Shown here: in pieces, positions 10,795 through 20,000 of the stretch
How the letters are laid out: every line of letters begins with the position of its first letter
Position numbering within the stretch: the stretch's first letter is position 1
NCBI GenBank assembly: GCA_003971905.1
Contig: RSEE01000162.1
Span: 57,666 to 77,665, forward strand
Source of the DNA: Moniliella sp. 'wahieum'
Taxonomy: Eukaryota
Direction of reading: 5' to 3'
DNA length: 20,000 nt
Program-made: the position numbers and the translations under genes
Notes under the pieces: model-generated
The model's database searches: none
Seen by the model: only the letters and a program-made list of their open reading frames with translations
What the model was told of the DNA's origin: nothing

Positions 10795-10804
10795 CATGTG
10801 AAAT
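10795..10804 (+). promoter_or_regulatory. UAS-INO/ICRE-like bHLH site CATGTGAAAT
   Basis: Exact 10/10 match to the S. cerevisiae Ino2/Ino4 consensus, ~300 bp upstream of the INO1 TATA box. Confidence 0.5.
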
Positions 10805-11499
10805 CGGGCGGCGGGGCGGGCGGCGGCGCTGTTGGGGCAGGGGGCACGGCAGCGCAGGTGCGCGCACGCGGCCGCCCGGAAGCGTTCGTGCCGGCTGGCC
10901 CGTCCGCAGCCCAGGCACAGGGGCGCTGTGGGGAGGCGTCGGCCGGGCGGACGGCGACGGAGATAGCGGGGTGGTGCACCACTAACACTTGCAATCCAAT
11001 TAGTCCCCCCATCGCGCCCCCAACCCAACCTCCACCAGCGCACCAGCGCCCACCAGCCCACACCTCCCCCTGTCCGCCTGGGCGTGGGCAGCAGGCACTC
11101 GGCCAGTCCCTCGGCCCTCCCCACCGGCGGGGCTGGCTTGGGGCGGGTGGTCTGGCCCAGCCGCTGCCTGCGATCGCACCTCCCTCGCCCTTCCGTGGGC
11201 AAGACACCAGCCAAGGCAGCGCCCGCCGCAGCCCAGCCCATGCGTGTTGAAAGCCACGTCGCCAAACTGCGCTCCAGCACGCCGTCACATTCACAGCCCA
11301 TGGAATGCAGCCCAACAGCAATAGCCAACCTGCCCCCCAGCACGCCATCTCTCCTCCCCGCCCACTTTCAGATCTCAGATCTAATCCATCTAACGGAGTA
11401 CACTCATCGTACTCAATGTACTGACCCAACCAGCCAACAACCACGCGGTTCGTCACGTTCAGCTGCGGCGTTCTCCCAACCAGTCCCCGCTTCAACTTT

Positions 11500-12828
11500 C
11501 CCGCTTTGAGGTTTGTCCCATTGATATCTGTCTGCCGCGCCCATTGGCGCTCATCGACATCCACAGTAGTCGTAATGTGAACAGAATCTGTGGTATAAAT
11601 ATGGTGCGGCACTGCCAACACATATCCGGCCTCCCATCTCAACGACAGCCGCCAAAAGGTCCCGGTCAACGTTCAACGTTCAACGTGATCGTTCAAGCAA
11701 CCAAACGCCACCGTTTCGACCCAACCAGAAGGAGCCTAGCGGGGCAGCTCCTAATAGAGCCATTGGTGTCATAATTAATGCTCAAGCGTACCCACGTGCC
11801 CTTCTGCAGAGAAGCCCTTGGGGCTGGCGAGTGGGAATGATACTGCGGAATGTGAAATTTATCAACGATGCTCAGTCCCACAGAATCGCAAAAACAACAA
11901 AACGAGAGACTGGCAGAGATGCCGTCAGTACTCAGTTCCATTGACCCAACAGCAACCGCTTGATCAGCTTGATCTCCATAAACATGTCGGGCATGTTGCT
12001 ATCTTTTTGGATACCGTTCGACCCCAGTTGGACATTCCGATATGTCATTACCTTACCAACAAAACAAGAGGGGGGGAAAGAGGCAAAGGGGAAGGAACGT
12101 ACCTCGGCCGGCTTCTCCGCTCAGCTGAGCGCTGAGCTCAGCGCTCAGTAAGCTCGGTCAATGTCCCGCTTCCTGTGCGTCACCTGACGTTTCTTGTGTT
12201 TGGTCTTGAGCGGCCCGAAGACAAAATAGCGGCACACGCAGGAAAGTCAGTCATGTTCGATGTTCGCACCGAGGAAAGGAGAGGCGCTAGCATCGAGTAC
12301 TTCATCGCCATCCGACCAGGTCGCATGCTACTCTCATCCCCCTCGAAGCCAGCGAAGGCAGCTCGAGCGGCCGCTGCTGCCCCCCGTACCGACTGTGGTC
12401 GTATCGAGAAACACATCAACGTTGAATCCCGATGGACACTTGATCGAGTGCGCCAAAGTCGGACCAATCTACGCTACCTATGCTACCGGAAAGACCACCC
12501 AGCCCACTACGGGTTCTGACGGAGCTTTGACGTTCAAGTACAGATCGTTGGATTTGGTCAAAAGAGGGAGCGGGGAACGAGTTCAAGTCAGCAGATTGGC
12601 CTTCGCCCGTGTGCCTACAGGGACCATGGAAATCATCAGAGGGTGGGAAGGGTAGGAGAGGGACGATGACTAGCGACTGGGCTTGCGCCAGAGCGGTAGG
12701 GAGAGTTCTGACGGTCTGCGGTAGCCTGAGCGGATGGCGCGCTTCTCTTCCGCGCGTGGTTCGGACCGGAGGTGAATGAGGGCACGTGCCGATACCTGGG
12801 AAGGGACTGCCCGCGTACGCACATCCAT
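11500..12828 (-). pseudogene. NSE4: Decayed NSE4-like (SMC5/6 kleisin subunit) gene
   Basis: Collinear motifs resembling fungal Nse4: EEKRAIRSGYRR; LLTKSNDLYLNVKAPSE; IGPTLAHSIK..GFNVDVFL; GRMAMKYS; FGPLKTKHKKRQVTHRKR; EKPAE followed by a GTACGT donor at 12102; IQKDSN..IKLIKRLL; DSVGLSIVDKFHI; VDVDERQW. In-frame stops: TGA 12583-12585, TAG 12478-12480, TAG 12469-12471. The 3' boundary is approximate. Confidence 0.7.
12125..12148. repeat. Perfect 24-bp palindrome CTGAGCGCTGAGCTCAGCGCTCAG
   Basis: Self-complementary, built from TNA-GCGC/GC units, and lying inside a former NSE4 exon. Confidence 0.95.
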
Positions 12829-12968
12829 GCTGGGTGTGGGACAGATGGGGGCGGCCGTGGTGGCGGAGCAGCAGACCAGCAGCAGACCCGACGCGGCGCG
12901 CCCACGACAAGCCAACAGACGAAACGCGCACCGCGTTGGGACTCAATGAAGCAATTAACACCTTGTTA

Positions 12969-15137
12969 ATGGCACACCAGGGCCTATGGAGCCGATTACC
13001 TAAGATGCGCCGCCCGTTCCCGGCGGCGTCGGCAACTGAATCGGAAGAGGCATTGTGCATTGGCATCCAATTCGTCCGCACTCGTCCCTCTGCCGGTCGG
13101 GGCTGCACGCAGCACCACCCCTTGGCGTTGGAATGCTGCGGTCGTCGCTGCTTGGGCGCGCACGCGCTGCTGCCCACCGCCCATGTCTACCGTCTTGCTC
13201 GTCTCTCCCGTGCTCGCCATCCGAGCCAACTCCTCCGCCGCGCACGACGATCGCCACCCCCCACGCGCCCACGCCGCCCACGCCGCCCGTCCCACCAGTG
13301 CGTGCGCAACCGGGGCAGGCGGCGCGCGACCTGGCCCCCACCTCGCTTGAACTGGAGATGCACGAACCAGGCAGGGGGGCGAACGTGGCGCAGCTCAAAG
13401 CATGGCAAGAACAGTACTTCCTCCCCAGTCGTCCTGGTCAACGCCCGGCCGCCTCGTCCGGCGGCTTCGGTTGGTACCTGCTGCGCTTGGTTGGCCGCGT
13501 CGTCCTGGTCGGGGTGGTGATTTGGACGGGAGACCAAGTGTACCGAGGTGGCTGGATAGCCTATTCTGAGTTGGTTGGCATTCCTCATCTGACTGCCGAA
13601 CCGCGTAGGCTGGTACGGCAGCACAACGACCCGTATGGATGGAACGAAGAGTATCTACTTGACCATGCGTTTGCCGCGCCTGGGTGAAGGGTACCCCATC
13701 TTCCTGGCCATGGTGGGCGCGACGTGACCTCGGCCACGCATGGTACAGTCTCGTACACGGTGGTACGGTCCCGAAGGACATCCTTGCTGCTGCGCCGCCG
13801 CCGCCCGACCCACCTTCGCCCGCTGCGATGCAACAGTACCGATCGGACAAGGAGCGGTACGCTGCCTACGTCACTACCTTGGCCCACGACCAGGGTATCC
13901 GCGATGCCGAGGAAACCATCAGTGCTACTCTAGCAGCGATGGATGCGTACCCTGGCTCGGTGTACCAGCTTCCCACCGCAGAAAGTTTGCAACACGCCTT
14001 CCCCGATGCACATGCCATGGCAGCAACAGTGGTGGATGCCAATGCGGTGGCGGTACGAACGCACGTGAGTTACCTCCGTACCCAACTGGCTACCCCGAGT
14101 GCGCTCAAGAGTATCGTCCAGGACGACAGCAAGTTGGTGGAGACGCTTGCGTTTGTCGGGCCCGAGGGACAGCGGCACTTGAAGCTGGCCCCACAACAAG
14201 TTGCTCTTCTTGCCAACCGCGTGGGGGCAGCTTATGTCGACTTGAGAAGGCCAGATGAATCGGTCGAGTGGTACTTGAAAGCGTTGGCTTCCCTGCCCTC
14301 GTCTTCGTCTTCCTCTTCCTCTTCCTCTTCCTCTTCGTCTTCGTCGGACCCCTCCCCGCTCCCACCTGCCCGCTGACACGGGCGATGATCACGTCTCTCC
14401 TGGGACTGGCCACGTCGTACGCCTCGCCGCCGAATCCGGATTCTAGCAGCGTTCCCCGCAAGGCAAGAGAACAGCAGCTGCAGCAGTCTCTTTGGTATCA
14501 GGGCCTGGCACTGCGCGTCATTCGTACCGAACTGGCCCGCTTGGCGAACCGAACCATCGAAGCCACTGGGACCGATGAGCATGTACGTCCTCAGCGCTGG
14601 AACATTCCTACCCCTTTCCCAGGTTGGGGGGAGATCAAGCACGCCTTACCTCCCACCCTGCTTTCCCGTCCTTTGCCTATGCATGATGACCCCCTCCCCC
14701 CCGCCTTGCCCCCGACGATGGACGAGGGGAAACAACTGTACGTTGCCTGGCTCCTAGCGCAAGACGCAAACAGCTACTATGCTCCTAGGCCAAACGACGT
14801 ATGCACTTACCAAAGTCCCTCGTCCGGGTTAGTAGGCTGGGCCTCGACGTGCTCGGGCTCGGCTCGTCGTCGTCTCGGACCGAGTCGGTCGCCTGGACAA
14901 AGCAAGCTGGCTTGGAGGCACGACGGGCCCTGGCGTTGCTTGGAGAAACTCGAGAAACACCTTCCGGGTCCGGGTCTGATCCGGATACCCTGCCGGTCGG
15001 AGCCGAGGGGACGTTGGCCGACCGGTGGGTGCGCAATCCCGTTTACAACCAGTGTTGCCAGGGAGTTGCTTGGTGTGGCGCAGACGCTGGAACAGAGTGC
15101 GCAGCGGTGGCTCACGTTCTTGCAGCCTTCCACGTGA
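12969..15137 (+). CDS. Hypothetical single-pass membrane protein with a helical/TPR-like C-terminal region (possibly mitochondrial, Mgr3-like)
   Basis: Consecutive overlapping ORFs chain by frameshifts: basic N-terminus MAHQGLWSRLPKMRRP, hydrophobic segment WYLLRLVGRVVLVGVVIW, then DPYGWNEE..KGTPSSWPWWARRDLGHAW, a TPR-like LANRVGAAYVDLRRPDESVEWYLKAL, polySer at 14301-14345, and TGA at 15135-15137. The start codon and function are inferred. Confidence 0.65.
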
Positions 15138-15691
15138 AACGTGAGAAGTGAGAATGGAGAGAGGAGACGCAGCAGCGCTCTCATCGCTTTCAGCACTAAG
15201 CTGCGTTGTCCCCATGCGATACCTGTACCCCTTGGGTGGGTTGCGTTCATCGATCATATACACAGAGCCGTACAAAGTACTATAACAGGTGGTGTGTGAC
15301 TTTGACCCTCCAGACCAAGAATCCGTATCATCCGGGGTATCCGATAGGCTTCTGGCCTGAGGCCTGAGGCGGGCTGAAGTCACTGTAGTAGTCAGGGTCA
15401 AGGGCCGGTCAAGGGCCACATCTCAGATCTCATATTTGTGGTTACCAACTGTGTTGAATATAAAACCCGGAAGCTATTTTGTGCTTTGGGCCGGGTGAGG
15501 CCGAAACCAAAGGCCTGGGATCTCCATTCCCAACTCAACTTGCGGTCTCCTCTCAGACGCTGCTATTATATGTCTCACTGCAGCACCCTCAGGTATCTCT
15601 AGCTCGCACGGCGGGTAGGTTCAATGGCTTTAGTTTGAATGTGGGTAGGCGGGGAGGGGGGGGGGGTTAATCCATGGGCCAATAGATGAAC

Positions 15692-17557
15692 CTAGAGCTT
15701 GGCAGTGACCACTGCCGAGCCCGGACCGCCAGGCACAGTAAACGTAGCAACGGGAGTGTCGTAAAACACCTCGTCGACATTGAGCTGTGGAGTGTCTGTG
15801 GATTCAGCGACAATGCACGCGAAGGGGGTGGCGACCTGGCCGCGCATCATAGGATGATGCCATACGCCCGGGGCGTACGTGATGGCCTGTGCGGGCGAAG
15901 CATGGAACGCAGCCAATGTGCTCAAGTCAGGTTTATCGTCTTCCCATTAAGTGCGACAATGACCAGGTAGCCTTCATGGCCCGCTTGTCCAGTGCTCATG
16001 GGGACAAACGTTTGGGCGGAAAGCGGTGGCGCTCCAGGACCTTGACGCCAAAGGGTAAAGCCAACGGGCACAGTTGTACGTGTGAATGTGGGTCTTGGAC
16101 TGAGCCGGGGAAGGGTAGAAGCCGTACACGGGGGATTGGTCCGGGTACTTTTCTGCTGTGCCTTGGTTGGCTGCGACCCATCCGCCGCCGTTACGGCCAG
16201 CGGGCGGGACGCCAACCACGTACCCGTACGGCTTGAACGCCTGTGCGGTCAAGTAGGGTGCTACACATGCCTGGACCTCGTCAGGGCTGGTGGGTAGCGG
16301 GACAGGTGGAACGTCCTGGACGCCTTGGATTGCATTGGCCCGTCGTCCGACCAAGCGCACGCGCTTCATTCCTCCATCGGGGTGCATGACCACTTTGACG
16401 TGCGTCACGGCGCCCGTCGTGGCCAGAGGCACAATGTGTCGTTTACCTGGTCCCATGGGCGTGCGCGCGGCCAACTGACGCCACACGATCCCCGCTTCTT
16501 CTCCCCCTTTTCCCCCGCGCCGGGCGCGACGGGCCAAGGTGTACCGGGAGGCAAGCTGGTCCCCAGCAACTCTACCGTCTGGGGAAAGTTACCAAGAAAG
16601 TGAAGTGTGTCAATTTCACTGTAGGACAGCACACCTGCTTCGCCCAGGGAAATGACAATAAAGTCCTTGTGACCGGGGGTGCGGGATCGCTTGGTCTCCC
16701 AACCGTCGCCCATATCTTTACCTCGACCCGGAAGAAGGACATTGGCACCCGCACCAAAGTGTTGGTCCGAAGTGTACACCACCCTACCTCCATTCAACAC
16801 GTGCGCCAAATCCAGCACGCCCAGCCGCGCATCCGAGCCAACTTGTTCCTCGTGCCCGAGCCCCGGCGCGCGGCGCAATCTGCCCATACACACGGAACCG
16901 CGCAATGCCACCGTCGGGAATCATGTCGAGACGGACGTGGGTGAAGGGGGTGGAGCTGGGCTGGGTGAGAACAAAGAGGTGCCGCTGCGAGGGTCCACAG
17001 GCTACCTTGGGCAAACCACTTGCCACTACATCCCCCCGATGCCAGCGCCGCCCAGCAGTCATCCAACAAGAGTTCGCATTCCGCATGGTTAGTTACCCAG
17101 GTCCAGACGGAGGGGGCGGGGGGGGAGGGGGAAGAGGCAAAAAACGAATGCACGTACCCGTGGATCATCTGCAGCAATCAGCTTGCCCGCCGCTTCCTCC
17201 TCAGCTGGCTGAGCTAGGGCAAACACCGCTGCGGCCGGCGCTTCGTTACCATTAAAGTTAGCCGTGTCAATGTCAAATCCGCTCAGGGTCGCGCCGGCCT
17301 GAGGGCCCAGCGTACAATGCCCAGTCTACCCGCGGTTGTGCCGGCGGGTCTCCCACCATCGAACAGGGCGCCCTTTGGTCCAAACTGGCCTTTGAGCGAC
17401 TGGGCAGGCCCAGGCTTGAGCAGATCGGACGCGGGCGCAAACCATTCGTCACTAGCGGCGAGGATGCGGCCACCGAGGGCGTTGGAAGAGACCTCGGTGG
17501 TAGTCTGGCCAAGTTCGGTGCTGAAGGCCGACTCGGGATGACACGGAAAGAGCTCAT
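15692..17557 (-). CDS. DAL2: Allantoicase fused to a C-terminal ureidoglycolate lyase domain (DAL2-DAL3 fusion)
   Basis: Two allantoicase repeats: GGRILAASDEWFAPA..DG(W)ETRRHN..GFDIDTANFNGNEAP..DGGIARFRVYG, and GGRVVYTSDQHFG..MGDGWETKRSR..EIDTLHFLGNFP..PDGGMKRVRLVG. Then AllA/Dal3 motifs LTAQAFKPYG, ANQGTA, LERH, QTFVP, ITYAPGVWHHPM. One intron at 17026-17157; TAG at 15692-15694. Confidence 0.92.
17026..17157 (-). other. Intron in the allantoicase gene
   Basis: GTACGT donor at 17157, ACTAAC branch at 17093-17088, first downstream AG (TAG) ending at 17026; joins DDPR|WQVV. Confidence 0.85.
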
Positions 17558-18364
17558 GGTGGTGGTGGGTGGTGGTGACGCGCCCGAGGGGAAACGAGAG
17601 GGGGGGGAAGGGAGCGGACGGGGTGGGAAGAAGCTGATACCAAGGCGCATGGGAAGACGCCTCATTTATCAGTGACTCGCAGCTGCAATTTCAACCGCGC
17701 CCGGCGCAGCCGGATGGCATTCCGGCCAGCGCAGCCGCTGCTCTGAAGCTGGCCCCGGTCAAATGGCCGATTGGGATGGGATTGGGATTCGTTGTGTTTC
17801 CTCCGTTCGCACGTCTGCCACCCACACAATCCTGGTGCTCGCAGCGCTGCCAGAGCCTGTGTGCGGCAGGGGTGGCATCATCGATACCCTGGCCCGCCCT
17901 CAGATCTCAGAGCGGAGTGGATAGATTCGTGCTTTGTGGAGCCTGCTGGCAATCAAACTTTCTAGCTTTATGGCCACCTTGCCTTTTGAGTGCCTGAGCC
18001 ACCATCAGCTTCTCCAGCTTCACCCGAGTCAACAGAGGCTTGCGGAGGAGAGGTATCTTCTTCTCTTCATCTTTCTCATCGTACCGTCCGTCCCCACAAG
18101 CTGGTACAACTAAGCACGCCTTTCCTTCCCATTATGGCCACGTCCTGCCACTTGCCGCTTGCCAGCATCCGACGTTGGGGCAGTATAGACTCTCCTATGT
18201 TCTCCGCTCCCGGCTCGCATCGGAGAAAAGAGGCCCGGCAGCAAACATTCTTCCGCTGAGAAGGAGCAACAAAGGGGGTATGATGATGGCATAGTGCAAG
18301 AGTAAAATACAGCATGTGGGGGCATGTGAGACGCGGCAGTAGTGACGCGGTGACGGCCGAGCGA

Positions 18365-19772
18365 TCAGGCTGATCCGAGAAAGTCCATCGCCCCCGCCGC
18401 CCCGTTTGACCAGCAGATCCAGGTCTTGCGTTACCCCGACGCACCTCCCAACCAATAAAACAAGGCCAGGGCGAGCACGAGGAAGAACCAAGGGAAGCGA
18501 ATGACGACTGCCGGTGGGCGGGTGGAGCCATTTGCCAACCAAGGTGGCCCAGGCGGAGGTGGACTGTCCATGCGCCACTGGGCCCAGGTACCTTTATCTG
18601 TGCCGCGGCGTAACCGGGCGAGGGGGACATTCCACTCGATCATCCGGCGTGAGGGGAGGTGGTAGATGGTCAGTGTGGGGGCAGCTGTGATGTTGAGCTT
18701 GTTGGCAAGGTGGATGCGACTAAAGGGACGAAGGTAAGCTTGGCCCGAGACGTCGGTCCGCGCCAAGGACGCATCAATGTCCACCTCGCCACCACAGAAA
18801 GTTCTCCCCATTGTGCCCGGCACAAGCGGGGTCGGTACCAGCAAGTTGCCCTGGGTGGCGCGGCGGCAGGAACCGCCTCCTCTCAGGGTACACGGCCATC
18901 TGTCGGTCGAGTTGGAACCGTCGTCCCATACCATGGAGACCAGGACGTGCCTCGCTGCCCGGCCTTGTACCACGCCTCGTCCACGTCAATGCTCACATAC
19001 ACGACCTTGACCGTCGGGTGGCGCTGGCTAAACTCGGAGATCATCTAAGCAGGGGGTTAGTATGCCACCTGTTAGGTGTGGGGGGGGGGGGGGGCGCACT
19101 GGTCGTACTGCTTGAGCGGCTGGCCGGCCACTCGGAGGAAAAGAAGAAGCCAACACACTTGACCTTGGGCCAAAGTGTGCGCGGAGCGAGACGGGGGTGC
19201 CCTGGGCATCGACGAGCGGAGGCGCGGAGAGGGTCGGAGTGCTGGAATGCTCGGAGGGCGGGAGGCGGCGGTAGAGGGGCGGTGGGCTTGAGGGCGCTGC
19301 GGAGGGGGGTGCCGGGACGAGGGGAGGGGGAGGGAGGCTCGTCCTCGTCGAGGTGGAAGGAGACGCTGCGCTGGACGCGCTTCGGCGGCGGGGGCTTGAG
19401 GCGGGGGGGTGGTTGGGGGGTCGGAGTCGGAGTCGGAGAGGGAGTCGGGGGCGAGGGCGGGGAGGGGAATGGCGATGGGCTCGGGGAGGCGGAGGGGGGG
19501 GGGGGGGACGTGCATGGTGGATGGGGGGTGGGGGTGGGGTGCTGGTGTGGGCGGATGCGGATGCGGAGTCTCTGTCGGCTGGGGGCGGGGGGGCCGGGAG
19601 CGCAGCCGGGAGTGCGCCAGTGGGCGGGGGATGCGCGGGGGGGCAGCGCCGCACGGCGCCAGCCCGGGCGCGTTCGATCGGGGCGAGGGTTAGCAGCGGG
19701 CGGCTGCTTCCTTTGCTGGGTGCTCTGCGCGGGTGCTTTGCTGCGGCGCCCTGCAGGGGGGTTTGCTCGCAT
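18365..19772 (-). CDS. Thioredoxin-like (nucleoredoxin-type fold) protein lacking CxxC, with a Pro-rich N-terminus and a C-terminal TM segment
   Basis: LVDAQGTPVSL..KCVGFFFSSEW, intron 19045-19099 (GTGCGC..ACTAAC..TAG), then MISEFSQRHPTVKVVYVSIDVDEAWY..SMVWDDGSN..RIHLANKLNITAAPTLTIY, and hydrophobic WFFLVLALALFYWL. The stop is uncertain (18431 or 18365) because of indels. Confidence 0.7.
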
Positions 19773-20000
19773 GGTCACGTGACGGGGCCTGCCGTCTAGC
19801 AGCGGCCATCACAGGCTCCCCCCGTGCAGGGGCGGCATGGCGCCAGTGCTGCGCCCTGGCCTGACGTGCGGGCGAGTACTGAGTTAGAGTGACGCTGGCG
19901 CGGTGCCTGGCGCATGCATGCGTGCTCGCAGGCCCAATCGCATGCAGGGGCCACCGCTGATGCAGCGCGCATGGATGACGCGCTGCGCTGATAGCACTTG

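Noticed and set aside
10119..11669. 516-aa minus-strand ORF as a real gene
   Set aside because: It runs through the GC-rich INO1 promoter and 5'UTR, has R/P/G/W-biased composition typical of shadow ORFs and no true ATG; only its first ~55 codons may be an NSE4 relic.
8444..17557. Functional gene cluster
   Set aside because: Inositol synthesis, SMC5/6, purine catabolism and velvet regulation are unrelated pathways; this looks like an ordinary gene neighbourhood.
17990..18294. Small plus-strand ORFs between the allantoicase and thioredoxin-like genes
   Set aside because: No recognisable motif; only weak splice-like signals.
19380..19645. G-quadruplex cluster
   Set aside because: The G-runs are the antisense of Pro codons in the thioredoxin-like gene; nothing indicates a separate function.

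Overview
GC-rich eukaryotic (fungal, most likely basidiomycete) genomic DNA with spliceosomal introns. Many 1-bp indels at short homopolymers break every gene, which is typical of an unpolished long-read assembly, so the ORF track shows genes only in pieces. Reconstructed genes: (1) a velvet-family regulator (-, ATG 1532, running off the left edge) with a VelB-like split domain and a long polyQ/DHQYQ insert; (2) INO1, myo-inositol-1-phosphate synthase (-, 8444-10094), with an exact CATGTGAAAT (UAS-INO) motif upstream; (3) a decayed NSE4-like (SMC5/6 kleisin) pseudogene (-, ~11500-12828) with in-frame stop codons; (4) a single-TM hypothetical protein (+, 12969-15137); (5) an allantoicase/ureidoglycolate-lyase fusion (-, 15692-17557); (6) a Cys-less thioredoxin-like membrane protein (-, ~18365-19772). 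The most unusual signal is a family of short arrays of TNA triplets separated by mostly 4-bp palindromes (about 7-bp period, e.g. TCA-GATC-TCA, TCA-AGCT-TCA, TCA-ACGT-TCA). They are concentrated in intergenic and pseudogene DNA, and two large clusters form an inverted pair around a ~500 bp core. All homology calls come from remembered family motifs; no database search was run.
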